DNA of 63,459 nucleotides, filler included, from Bonamia ostreae (Eukaryota): NCBI GenBank assembly GCA_040357525.1. It is 35 parts of 35 records of this genome, joined end to end, with 100 filler letters (N's around TTAATTAATTAA, not from the genome) between each part and the next. Parts side by side here need not be neighbours in the genome. Positions count along the whole stretch, not along the records: positions 25,538 to 27,256 come from JBDODL010001406.1; positions 27,357 to 29,075 come from JBDODL010001407.1; positions 29,176 to 30,892 come from JBDODL010001408.1; positions 30,993 to 32,709 come from JBDODL010001409.1; positions 32,810 to 34,525 come from JBDODL010001410.1; positions 34,626 to 36,340 come from JBDODL010001411.1; positions 36,441 to 38,154 come from JBDODL010001412.1; positions 38,255 to 39,966 come from JBDODL010001413.1; 27 more parts are not named here. One strand, 5' to 3'. Shown piece by piece: positions 26,609 to 38,554 of this stretch (position 1 is its first letter; each line of letters starts with the position of its first letter). The notes under the pieces were generated by a model. It saw only the letters and a program-made list of their open reading frames with translations, ran no database searches and was not told where the DNA came from. The position numbers and the translations under genes were made by a program.

Positions 26609-27210
26609 TTAACCACATCTGAAACAATCACACTGTTTCCAACATGCGGGACATCTCCATTTTTTGACATAACTTTAATTGGAATGATAAAACAAAGGTG
26701 TTATGACCGATTTATCTACCAAATTGGCGAATTTCGATTCAACGCATTCTTGACAGAATATTTTTTTGCAGATCACCTTATTTTTAGGAATGTTTGTGCA
26801 GACATAACATTTTCCTCTGGTTCTTTTTGAGCGGCATCTGTGACATTTTGATAACTGTTGTTGTTGGTCTATCTAAACTAACCTAAAAAACTAATTTCAG
26901 TTCTTCCTCTGACAATGTCGGGGGCTGATATCTGTTCAACGCGTTTCTTAAAAGCGAGAAGATTGATGGAAATTTAGAATAATCATCCAATTTCTTTATT
27001 GATGTGCGTAAAAACGTACAGGATTCCTTTATGAGCGAATAGAGCACTTTTGATGACGGCATTCCGTAATTTAATTATCGTCGCCAAATTTTTTTTCAGA
27101 CCGACGACATTCTTTTGGATTTATTGCGAAAACTTTCGAGTTTTTAAAATTGCAAAGCAAAGATTCAAAGTAGTCTTTTCGGAAAATTTTGAGCTATAAA
27201 TATTTTCCAT
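26609..27210 (-). pseudogene. zf-4CXXC-R1 paralogue B, with frameshifts and a stop in the 5' half
   Basis: Colinear with paralogue A and shares its three intron positions. The finger CHRCRSK..C...CKKIFCQEC...WRCPACWKQCDCFRCG* is intact, but there is an early in-frame TAA and there are frameshifts. Confidence 0.65.
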
Positions 27211-27631
27211 TTTTGTTTAACACGGACACAAATTGTCGTTAATATTTTATGAAGATNNNNNNNNNNNNNNNNNNNNNNNNNNNNNNNNNNNNNNNNNNNN
27301 TTAATTAATTAANNNNNNNNNNNNNNNNNNNNNNNNNNNNNNNNNNNNNNNNNNNNTTGCTCGACTTGTAAAAAATATTGTCGCTCATTTTTGCATTCGA
27401 TCGTCTCAAGAGAATTTGTCTCTTGCTCTTTAATAACAATGCACAATTTTTGCTTTATCAAGAAATTAATGACGGATTTGAGAGAATCGATCATCGAAAA
27501 CAAGTTTCGCCAATTTGTTAACGATTTTTTGAGTGAAATGTTTTTGGAAATGGAAAAAGTTCCGAAATGGGTCAAAGACGCATTGACCGCCGTTGATTTG
27601 GAAATAAATTTTTAGCAATTTTTCAAAATAT

Positions 27632-27920
27632 TTAATTTTTATCATAAAATCCGAGTTCTTTAAAGCTTGCGCTTTTCATCAAGTTCCTGAATTTTTATTA
27701 AAAATGGTTAATGAAGAAACTTGTCCATTCGACATTGAAGGTACATTTTTGATAATCGATTGCATTTGGTGGAGTCGTCGGAATATATTTTGAGACATTT
27801 CATATACGAATTCTATAAATTTTTGAGCTTTAAAACCGCAACAGCTTTACATTCTTCAAAATGATCTAAAGGAAACGAACCTTTTAACGGAGCACTAGAT
27901 TTTGAAACATTTTTCATCAT
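27632..27920 (-). CDS. COX19: Cytochrome c oxidase assembly protein COX19, 3 exons (introns 27813-27836, 27687-27720); absent from the ORF track
   Basis: The spliced product contains [26 protein letters not shown]...CNRLSKMYLQCRMDKNLMKSASFKELGF, i.e. the twin CX9C COX19 signature GSFPLDH. Confidence 0.93.
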
Positions 27921-27960
27921 CTTTTATAGCGTTTAACATATAATAGATTTGTTCTCAAAA

Positions 27961-28821
27961 ATGGTGCAGATTAACGTTTTATTCCAAAATTCTTTCAAAA
28001 TCGATTTGGACGACAAAATTACAGTCCAAAATTTGAAAAAAAAGATTATCGGAGAGCACTTTCCAACGCAATTTAAGCTCATCAAAAATGGTCTAATTTT
28101 ATCTGAAAATGATTTTATCGCAAAAAACGACAAAATATTTTTAAAGTTTCCTTATCAAAATCCGTCTTGTTTTTCTAGCACAACCAACAACCGACTTTCT
28201 CCAAAAGAAAGCTATTTGTTTTCTCAACTTATCTTGTTAATATCCCAAATCGATCCGAAAAACGATGAAATGAACAAGTTTTTTCGTAAAAATGATTTTA
28301 GTAAATTATATGTCGGATTTTTTAATGGTTCGAAGAGCTTTTTAAGGAACAAAAGTTTTGCTGAACATGGCAAAACGTTCAATCAAATTGCTATTTCTGT
28401 GGCTAATTATGCGGCTAAAGTTATTATTTTAGACAAAATGGATCACAGAACAGCTTTATTCACATTTATATATTTCAAACATGAGCTTAAAAAAATTTTG
28501 GACAAATTTGAGGGATCACTTGAAAATTATTTGAATTTCAAGAAAATGGCAACCAAATTTGTAGGAAAATGGATCAGAGAAATCTCTTCGTTCTATTCGG
28601 ATGGAATTTTGTCTGTAAAAAAGCGTTTGAATGTTTGGACTGAAATAATCGATAAAGATGTCGAAAATAATTGTTTGCTTGACAGAAAAACGTTTGTTGA
28701 AAGTTTGCTTCGTTTTTATCGAGATTTCTGCGTCGATCTTTATTCCAAAAAGAAAAAACCTGAAAACAGAAAAAATTTTGGATTCTATTCAAAATTTGAA
28801 CGGAATTTACTAAAAATATGA
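27961..28821 (+). CDS. Protein with N-terminal ubiquitin-like domain (possibly BAG6-like)
   Basis: The N-terminus MVQINVLF...ITVQNLKKKI...FKLIKNGLILSE has a UBL pattern. WTEIIDKDV is reminiscent of the BAG6 C-terminal motif. Confidence 0.6.
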   Translation: MVQINVLFQNSFKIDLDDKITVQNLKKKIIGEHFPTQFKLIKNGLILSENDFIAKNDKIFLKFPYQNPSCFSSTTNNRLSPKESYLFSQLILLISQIDPKNDEMNKFFRKNDFSKLYVGFFNGSKSFLRNKSFAEHGKTFNQIAISVANYAAKVIILDKMDHRTALFTFIYFKHELKKILDKFEGSLENYLNFKKMATKFVGKWIREISSFYSDGILSVKKRLNVWTEIIDKDVENNCLLDRKTFVESLLRFYRDFCVDLYSKKKKPENRKNFGFYSKFERNLLKI

Positions 28822-29175
28822 ATTTTTGTCATTTTTTAGTTTATTTTTGTTATTTTTTATAATCATTTTTGAGATTTTCTTTTCATTCTTTATTGAATCC
28901 CTTTCTTCATAACTTTTTTCTAGTGCTATGATCCTTGCTTTAATGGTTTCTGGATCTTTCTTTGGTAAAAATGTTTCTGGTCTACATTAATTATTAGGAT
29001 TAAAACTGTTGTCTTTATGCTTTAGTGATGTCTTTCTAGCAAACACGAATACAAAAACGTATATTTTGGTGTTATNNNNNNNNNNNNNNNNNNNNNNNNN
29101 NNNNNNNNNNNNNNNNNNNTTAATTAATTAANNNNNNNNNNNNNNNNNNNNNNNNNNNNNNNNNNNNNNNNNNNN

Positions 29176-29915
29176 TATTTTGACGGCGTAAACAAAAAGC
29201 CTTTAATGATGAGCATGAACACCAAATCTGACGAAAAAGCAAGCAGTCGCATTAAAAGAAGACAAGGTTCAAATATTTTCAAAAATAAACAAAATTTCAA
29301 AATCAAAAAATTTGCAAAATCTAATTTGACCAAAGTTCTGTCAAAACCAATTAACAAAAATTAGTAAGAAAATCGAAAGAAAACTCCCCTAAAAAAGAAA
29401 AACCAAAACCACTAACAAAAAAACCCGAAACAAAAAAGCTTGAAAAGTCCGAAGCTCCAAACAAACTGGAAAAAAGAAATGTTGCCTTAAAAGTCCGGAA
29501 ACAAGCCGAAAAAACGAACCCGCAAATCGCGGTTAACAAAAAAGACGACGAGGAAATAAAGAAACTGAAAGAGCAGTTGAAACTGTTGAAGAAAGTAGAA
29601 AGCGATTTAATAAAAGAAGTCGAACTCGAGAAGGCTAAAACGAAGAAGGCAGAAAGAGAAGCGGCGGAATTGAGATCGGATATGACGAAGAGGATTGAGC
29701 AAATCGCAGATTTGGAGATGAAACTCGGTAATATCGGGGATGGAAACGAAGAGGAACTAAAGATCGAATTAGAAAAGCAGCACAAGCGGGCTCGGAAAGC
29801 GAGGAAGAAGGCGAAGAATCTTGAGAAGGAGTTGCGGCATTCAGAGGAAATAATAAATAAACAGGCGGAAAATATAAAATCGCTTTTTAAGCGAATTTCT
29901 GAACTGGGCGGTTGA
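29176..29915 (+). CDS. Lys/Glu-rich coiled-coil protein, C-terminal part (probable intron 29267-29364)
   Basis: Long open frame with heptad-like K/E composition. A GTTCAA...TAG intron links the two frames. Confidence 0.6.
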
Positions 29916-30217
29916 ATAAACTGTTTATACTTTTGTCAATTGAATTTTTTTAATAAAATGCGTTTGAGTTTTTGAATTTTAATAAAATTTCAGCAACAAC
30001 AAAAAACAAAGGACAACAACAAATCAACAACAATCCAACAAATAATAATTGGATCAATATTTTTGAAATTGACAATTCTGAAATCCGCAAACAACTTTAT
30101 CACTATTGGCTAATATTTTTAAGCTCTCAATAAAGCTATTTGCAATATATTCACAAAAATAAGAAAACTTAATCTTTTTCAAATAAAACAGACATTTAAA
30201 CTATATCGAAATCATTA

Positions 30218-30892
30218 ATGGTTTTCTCCATTTCTTCAGAAGAAAAACAGAAAATCGTGAAATATCTCATTTCCAAATCACCTGTAAACGAAGTCGACAA
30301 AGTTGTCACTGATTTGAGAAATATTTTGGGAAAAGAACTGTCCAAAAAAGATTGTCAAAATTATCTGAAAACTTTTTATGAAGACAATCATTTCTTTTTT
30401 TCCGATTCCAAAGGAATTAACGTTTTTAATTTTCGCTATTTTAATTTTCAGCTTTAATCGATATTTTAATTTGCAAAAAATTATTAAAGAAAAAATGATC
30501 ATTTCGTCAAAATTTAATTTTGACTCTTTTGTCAATTGCCGTAAAATTTAACTTAAGACCGTTTTGGGGGAATATTGTAAAGTCGACGACGGAAAGTACT
30601 ACAACAGCAAAGAAAAAATGGTTGTCGAAGTCGATTTTGATTCTTTGAAAGTCGTTTCGACGAAACGAAGCAAACAGGAAACTTCCAGTTCTATAGAAAA
30701 CTTCCGGTTTTAAACTTTTCCTGAATATTTTTGTTAAGTTTTTAATTTAATGCCTTTAACTTGATTAAATTGTTTAGGAAACAACTTGAAAGTGACGTTG
30801 AAAAGTACGCAAATGCAAATTTTGAAAAGAGTAGATTTGCGTATAATGTGCATGCAAATAAAAAAGGGCAAATAACGGTCGTGATTTCATGT
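30218..30892 (+). CDS. CAPZA: F-actin capping protein alpha subunit, 5' part; introns 30422-30557, 30707-30777
   Basis: SSEEKQKIVKYLISKSPVNEVDKVVTDLRNIL matches the CapZ-alpha N-terminus. The spliced continuation is ..GKYYNSK..ENFRKQLESDVEKY..ITVVISC. Confidence 0.88.
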
Positions 30893-30992
30893 NNNNNNNN
30901 NNNNNNNNNNNNNNNNNNNNNNNNNNNNNNNNNNNNTTAATTAATTAANNNNNNNNNNNNNNNNNNNNNNNNNNNNNNNNNNNNNNNNNNNN

Positions 30993-31530
30993 TCGGAACC
31001 ATAAATACCAAACTGAAAAAATTAAAATTGCCCTTGAAAATCTTGAAACTAAAAGGAGTCAATTGAATATAAACCAAAAAGATAAAGATAAGTTACATTA
31101 AATTTAAATAAAGCTTTCAAAAACTTGCGTATAACTCTTTTAACCAAGAAAGAATAAATGTAGATGTTTTATAATTAAATTGTAGTGTGAGACAACGAAA
31201 ATTGAATTTGATTTATTATGCCAACAGTATGACTTGGTTATGAAAAAAATAACAGATAAATTAATATTATTGAGTAAAAATCGTTTTGAAAGTATGGTTA
31301 GTATAATAAAAGATATAACGTTAAACCAAATAAATTATCACAAAAACGAATTCGAAAGTTGGGGAAAATTAAATAAAGTTTTCTTTCTAAATAAGTCAAG
31401 ATTTTGGAGAATACAAATATAAATAATGACCTTGAAATATTTTCCAAAGAAAATACGGTTAAATCTTTTTTTAAATTTATAGAAGGAAATTGAAAAAATT
31501 TATTTAGAAAGAAACATGCTTGAAATATAG
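30993..31530 (+). CDS. Helical F-BAR-like protein, 3' part; introns 31092-31113, 31166-31185, 31378-31400, 31458-31482
   Basis: Removing four 20-25 nt GTT...AG introns yields one open helical frame ending at TAG 31530. Confidence 0.55.
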
Positions 31531-31562
31531 TTTTATATAAAAATTAAAGTGAAAATGAAAAA

Positions 31563-32709
31563 ATGTCTAAAAATAATGAAAAATATGTTCCTGATATCGT
31601 TTATTTAACTTTTCACTTTTATAATAAGAACACATTGGAATATAACAAAATTAAAAATCTATATTCGTTTAACTCTTGGGGCAAAAATGGCTTTAACAAT
31701 GTTGTTAACGGAGTTAATAATAGTTTTAAAGATACATCAGAATACATAAGATTGCTTACTGTTTTATACTAAATTTTTCTAAAAGGAATTGAAAAATATT
31801 ATCAGATTTGTTAGAGATAGATTAAATAACTTTTTAGTTTCAAAAAACAAACCTGAAGAAAATTCTAACGAACTATTCAACGAAACTTCTGGTTTAATAT
31901 GGGATTATATGAACTTTGAGGTTCCCAACTTAATAAAATAGAGTCGACAGTTATTAAAGTATTTCAAATACCTGGAAGATAATTTATTCAATCTAAAATA
32001 TACAAAGTTTTATTAAAAAAATCCATTAAGAAATCTTCTTAAAAGTACAGTAAAATCTACAAAAATTGATTTGAAAACAAGAGAGAAATTTTTGAATAAA
32101 ATTAATAGAAAAATTGATAATTTAATTGATTTGAAAATGAAAAGCGAATTAAATGTAAAAAAATTATCAGAAGAATATGAAACAAAGCAAACAAAATTAA
32201 AATCTGTTAGGATTGATCACTTAATGGAAGCGTCATTAAATTTGAACCATTTGTTTAAAAATCTTTGCAAGCATATTGAAATTAAAGATAATTTTGAATC
32301 CGAATATTTACTAGAAAAAAGTAATGCTAATATTTTAGAAGCTAATAAAATTCTTTCAACAGCTTATTGTATGGATTTGTTGCAAGATAAAGACAAATCA
32401 AGATACTTGTTAACAAAATCAGTTTAATTATTTATTTAAGTCTCTAATAAAATGTCTAAAAATGGCTTACGAATTTTACGATCAACTAAAAGAAAAAATT
32501 CTATTGATTTTAAACTCCATGAACCGATTTAATAATCAAAAATGTTTTCTAAATCTTAATTTTTAGTGAATGAAGATTTTTCAAGGCATTTTAACATTGA
32601 ATTTCAAAGCAGTAATCCAAATTTTAACATTGAAATTAATTCTACTACATCAGATTATGAAAAAAATATAAATCTTATGACAACGCGTCAAAAATTTTAC
32701 ACTAACGGA
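31563..32709 (+). CDS. FCH/F-BAR-like protein, 5' part; introns 31599-31628, 31761-31785, 31921-31941, 32007-32030, 32422-32440, 32544-32566
   Basis: YSFNSWGKNGFNNVVNGV resembles the FCH start (FWG..GF..L). Six 19-30 nt introns join all ORF fragments in frame. Confidence 0.6.
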
Positions 32710-34871
32710 NNNNNNNNNNNNNNNNNNNNNNNNNNNNNNNNNNNNNNNNNNNNTTAATTAATTAANNNNNNNNNNNNNNNNNNNNNNNNNNNNNNNNNNN
32801 NNNNNNNNNAACAGTGATCAATCTCATATTCATCCAGTGACGATGACATGTGAATAATTAACGAATTTGTTGACTTTGTATAAACATCGACCAAATATGG
32901 AACATTTGAATTGTGAAAACATGGGATATATGTGGGAATCACCGTGAACTCTTCGATATCGTGGTTATTTTTATTGTATTCATTGAAACGTTTGTTAAGC
33001 GGGAAAAATTCCTTTTGATTTGTCTCTGTTTTTACTCCAAAATAAACAGGAATAGTATAACACTACGCCATATATCTTTAGAGCCCGTTTATACGCATTC
33101 AAGCAAAATTTTATAACATCAGTGTAGAGTGTAAAACACTAAGATATCTCTTTTTCAATTGTTTGATAATAATATTTTACCGAAAGCGGTATGATTCGAG
33201 CAGTACTTTTGATAAACTTTGAGTGTTTTGACATTATCATCGCCAGCTACTTTATTGTTGAAGCCTATGGTAGTGTTTTAGTTTTTTTTATGAAGCTTTC
33301 TTTAACAACCGTACAATGATCTCAAACCTCACGTTGTTGTGATGCAGGCTTTTCTCATGCAAACACACTAAGTAGTTTCCAGGTGTTAGTGTAGTCCTCC
33401 CTTTGTTACGAACATGTTGTCCAGACTGTATATACATGTTTTCTCTTGCCTTAACATAACGACGATATTAATTGCGAAACGCTGACTTTAAACGAAACTG
33501 GTGAGATCTCTGTAACATAAACTTATTTGTCAATAGCATGTCTAGATTTCATGAATGTAAATCCACAAGCCCCTAAATCATCAGGGGTGTATCATGGTAA
33601 ATATGCATGAAACTTGACGATACGTTTCTTTCAGTAGAGAATCAAAAGAAGAACACGGGTGAAGTCAATGAATTATTTTTTGTGTTTGTAAACGTTTTTC
33701 TCTACATGATTATATATCATTCGGTTTTGGGAATAACTGTATTTGAATAAGAAATAGATGACAAAATAGAATAGAAAATAACCCACTTGTGTAGTGTATT
33801 ATTACATATATGAAAGATAAAGATCAATCTCACAACTCCCACAAGCACTGCGAAATAGAGAGCCGGGCGAACACGGACCCCTGTCAATTGGAAATGAAAA
33901 AAGATCAATTAACACTGTTTAATCTGCAAATATTTAAGGAGAAAATAACAGGTACAACAGAGGAATGGAGTTGTCAGCATTAGAAAAAGGATATGAATAG
34001 ATGGTTAAATAATCTATACACGTTACAAAAATATATGAAAGCAATGTAAATTTTATTTATATATATGTTTATCATAATCTTGAGATTAACATAGTTTAGA
34101 AACCCGGGATCTGGGACAAAACATGAAGTGGTGAAGTTAATTTGATATAGCTGGGAAATACAGTGGATTATATCATACACATCTGAGCGACTTTTACTTG
34201 TCACTCGGGTATTCTAAAAAGTTTGTATATGTTCCAATAGTTTGCCATATAAATATGTCAAGAAAATGTAAGAACTCATACAAGTATTTTGGGAGGGAGT
34301 TTCGAATTCTTTGATTTGAGCACTTTATGTTCCTTAATACATTTTATTGAGGTACTTATTTTTTTTCTCCTATTTTTACTAATACACCGTTTTTTCTGTT
34401 ATAGATGATTTATCCAAAGACAGAACCGCCGGTCAATCTTCAACCTGGGACTGTTCAGTACAGGCATGTGAAAATTTGTACCTAGCGAGCAATGCCGTTG
34501 ATAGAGACACGACAACATGTACTAGNNNNNNNNNNNNNNNNNNNNNNNNNNNNNNNNNNNNNNNNNNNNTTAATTAATTAANNNNNNNNNNNNNNNNNNN
34601 NNNNNNNNNNNNNNNNNNNNNNNNNTTTTAGTCAATTTTCATTGGTTTCAATCCAAGGCAGAAAATTGCAAATGAAAGATAAGTTTTAGAAGAGTTTAAA
34701 GATGATGGGTGCGAATAATATGTTATGATGATTTGTGAATGAGAGCCCAGTGAAAAATATTACAGAAATATAGAACTTTGGAAAATTATTGGTTCCACAT
34801 TTTGGTGGTAAAGCTCATTTGATCTATAAAAATTATAAATTGCAATTGCTGAAAATGGTTTCAATCCCAAT

Positions 34872-35288
34872 TTACATTTCACTGTAAGTTTGCACGATGA
34901 CACAGCAGTTGCAACGAAGGGACGCGCAGAAATCTCCTGCTTGGGAACCCTTAACGTAAAATTACAGAAACAGTGATGTTTTTTTGTTCTCTTACTTTCA
35001 CCCGAACATACGTAACAGCACAAACACCGAATCCAATCATATCGACTAAAAAGAAAAGAAGTATGTACTTAACCGAGGAATCTTCATTCTTAAACTTAGC
35101 CCATGTTTTCCCTTGGATGATGCAAGGAAAATAGCATGCGATGAGCGCTAAAAAAGAGGTATAGAGGTAAAACCTGTCAAGGGTTCGCTGCAACAACTAA
35201 ACAAATCTTTTTCCCAATTCTTCTCATTTCCTCCTTTAATTGATTCAGTAGTATTTTTTTCAAAATTAACCAATCCGGTTCCAAGCAT
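34872..35288 (-). CDS. PLAC8/cornifelin-family Cys-rich protein; introns 35148-35173, 34950-34971
   Basis: The spliced WEKDLFSCCSEPLTALIACYFPCIIQG...RVKVREQKNITGSQAGDFCASLRCNCCVIVQTYSEM* follows the PLAC8 consensus. Confidence 0.88.
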
Positions 35289-35599
35289 TTATATGTTCTC
35301 TTTTTTATTTGCACTCTAAAAATCAAGTTTTAAGGTTGTTTTATCGGTTTTTTAGTTTCTTTAAACAAAATTTATATTGTAGATAAATTATTGTGCCGTT
35401 ATTGAGTGCGCATTTTCAAGTTATTTCTGGTTTGCGGGAGATTTTCGGTACCGATTCACGGTTATTTTTTCTTTATCTAGTTTTGATTTAGGTCGAATTA
35501 TTTTTTGAAGAATCCCGACAAATAAGGTATTTTTAAATCTCCCGGGTAGGAGGATAATTAAATTAAAAAAGGTAAAATCGAGAAATTTTTATAATTTAC

Positions 35600-35830
35600 A
35601 AAATTTTTATAATCCGTTTCTTTTTTGTGGCTCAAGAAAAGGGATATCGAAAATATCCCCTTTCAGAAATGGATATTGATTGTCAAAATGTGGTCCGAGG
35701 GACAAAGTATTAAATGCGTAGAAGCGAATATCAAAGTTAGCAAAACAAGTTTAGTTAACAGGTTTTACTACCTGCGTGAAATATGTGGTCTCTCTTCTTG
35801 TAGATCAAATTCAAATTGGATGTAAATTTA
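35600..35830 (+). mobile_element. Merlin/IS1595-like DNA transposase relic
   Basis: IPFQKWILIVKMWSEGQSI....VSKTSLVNRFYYLREIC followed by IQIG resembles the helical region just upstream of the ISXO2 DDE domain. It is truncated. Confidence 0.5.
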
Positions 35831-36440
35831 AGATATCAAGTGCTTTAGTTAAACAACTATGTTACACACTGATTATTTTAATTTCGAAAGAAAGCTTTAC
35901 TGGAATGAGCATGTTAATAGTTAAAAATGCGAAAATAGAATAAAAGTCATAAAATACTTATGTAAAAAACTTGACATACCAGAAAAACCGGAACATCCTC
36001 ATAAATTTGGGCTGACACATGTAAAACGAAGATACATATGTTTTAAAGAGTTTTTTTGATGCTTTCGTTTGGCTCAAATTTTCGATGTTCCACGTGTGTC
36101 ATCATAAAATCGATAATCTACAAACTGATTTTTGTCTACAACAACGGAATGTTTGTATATTCACCTTAAATTTCAAATAATCTTAGGTAATGATTAAAAT
36201 GATTTTAATAATCAAGAAATGATACAAATTAAATCATTTCTTGAATAATAATCATTTCTTGAATATTAAAAGTGTCTTTGAAACAAAATAAATACTTTCT
36301 TTAAAAATTTGAAAAATTCTGAGAATAATTTTTTAAAGGANNNNNNNNNNNNNNNNNNNNNNNNNNNNNNNNNNNNNNNNNNNNTTAATTAATTAANNNN
36401 NNNNNNNNNNNNNNNNNNNNNNNNNNNNNNNNNNNNNNNN

Positions 36441-37515
36441 TTTAAAAGTCAATTTTGGAAAATAATTTTTCTCTTCTAAAGCTAATTCGTCTTTTTTCCC
36501 TATTTTATTGGAAGAGAAAACCTTTTATTGCGGGAACGCGTGATGGAACTCCATTTTTATCAATATTTTTCAAATACGACAAATATTCGGCGACCGAATT
36601 TTTGTTTTTGTAGAGAGCGTTGTTTTCCGGTCCGTAAAAAATTGGTATTTTCAACAATTTATTGTTATCTGTTACATAAACCGTCGTCATTTTTGCGTCA
36701 AAAATACCTGAAAAAGTTTCCCAAACAACTTCTTTATTCTTGTTTTTCAAAGCGGTTTTTCCGTCCGATTGCATTTCGACGTAAAAGTCGTTAGAGAAAA
36801 CTGAGTTTGCTTCTAGTACTCTCAATTCAGACAGAGAGGAGTTCCAGCTTTTACCACTTTCGAAAGAAAAAATTTTTACGAAGAAATCTGACTGAACAGC
36901 GTATATTAAATGGCCGTCATTCAAAAGTGATTTTTCAAGGAAATTTTGGTTTTTGCTGAAAATGTTTTCCTCGAAAAGGATATTTCCGTTTTTGATGTTA
37001 ATTATTAACAAAGATGTCTTTTTAGAGCCTAAAATATAAAATCCTTCCATTAAAAATGGCGATTTTTCGACTAATTTTTGTATCGTCAACGGAAGTTTCT
37101 TAAATTTTACATTTGTAAAAATTTTAATTTTGCTTAACTCCATTTTAGTTTACAAAAGCTTTGAAGCTTTTATATTTCTATATTCTAATAAAAAATCCGG
37201 AAAGAAAACATGGATGAAGCTACTATTTGAACTAGCAGAAGTAAAATATAACGATCCGTCAGCGCCTTTAACAAGTCGATTTTTTAGTTTATCAGTTTGT
37301 TCATTGAGACTTTTCGGAGAGATGTCCCATGTGATTTTTCCGGTAGATATGTCAACAGCTTTTAAATGGTCATTCGCTGTTCTAAAGATAATTTTTTCTT
37401 TTTCCAAAGTGCTTTCTGTAAATAGTCCCAATTCCGATTTTGTGTTTTGGGCAATTTCCGCCTTCAAACACAAAAGCAAAAATGCGATTAAAAATGGCGG
37501 TAATTGGATTGACAT
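36441..37515 (-). CDS. IRE1: IRE1/PERK-type ER stress sensor, signal peptide plus luminal domain; introns 37099-37209, 36500-36521
   Basis: Signal peptide, then LKAVDISTGKITW, DGSLY and KLPLTIQKLVEKSPF...ILGSKKT, matching IRE1 luminal motifs (KLPFTIPELVxxSP). Confidence 0.78.
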
Positions 37516-37990
37516 GGCTCGTCTAATTTCTTAATTAATTTTAAAATTTTGCCATAAAAAGTACACCCAAATTTAGCTTTAAACTTTTTAGAAAATAAAA
37601 ACGAAAAAATTAAAAATTTTTTTGTTTGAAAAAGCAGAGCCAAAATTACAATAATTTTTGTCAGTTTTGCCAAATCGTTTTAAAAATTTTGGCGTTTATT
37701 GTTATTTAAAAATGATAATTTTTGTTATTTTTTGTTTGCAAAATTAAAATGATTGGAAAAATGACAGAATCGTTTAATCACAGATATGGAAATAGGGAAA
37801 CTTTTTGACAATTAAACGAACATTTTCTTCGGTATTGACACAAAACATTCTTTTTCTATCCGTTTTAATCATCCATATTGCTCCTCTCGACAGATGTTCG
37901 TATATAAAATAATCTCTCAATGTACTGACTGCCTAATTGTTCGCATTGGAAAATTAAATATTTATTATTCATATTCAATTTTCTAATTTG

Positions 37991-38154
37991 TCAAATTTAT
38001 TGCAAAAATATTGTCGTTAATTTGTAAATTGCAAAAATATTTTCGTCAAATTTATTGCAAAAATATTGTCGTTAATTTGTAAATTGCAAAAATATTTTCG
38101 TCAAATTTATTGCAAAAATATTGTCGTTAATTTGTAAATTGCAAAAATATTTTC
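37991..38154. repeat. Minisatellite, 55-bp unit x 3
   Basis: tcaaatttattgcaaaaatattgtcgttaatttgtaaattgcaaaaatattttcg is repeated. Confidence 0.92.
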
Positions 38155-38554
38155 NNNNNNNNNNNNNNNNNNNNNNNNNNNNNNNNNNNNNNNNNNNNTT
38201 AATTAATTAANNNNNNNNNNNNNNNNNNNNNNNNNNNNNNNNNNNNNNNNNNNNAGTGTCGATGTCACTATCCAGTTTCTTAAACAGAAAGATTTTCTTA
38301 TCGATTGCTTCAGAATGCGAAATCAATGACGAAACTACTGTGAGCTTCAATTTATTTTTACATATTATTATCGTTTATAAAAATCCAATCCACACATAAA
38401 AAAATCCGTTAACAGGTTTAAATAAAAACGAGCGAATCGTCAACAAATAAAACCGCAGCATTAACCTTTTCCAACAATTCTTCCAACAATTTGACAAAAC
38501 CCAATTTAAATTTTATTAAGCTCATCCTATAAAACTAAATTTTATTTTGCTAAA

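Noticed and set aside
30993-32709. Alternative genetic code (TAA/TAG read as sense) to explain broken ORFs
   Set aside because: The frames also shift, and short GT-AG introns remove both stops and shifts. TAA, TAG and TGA all end genes at plausible positions (e.g. MLH1 FERC-TAA).
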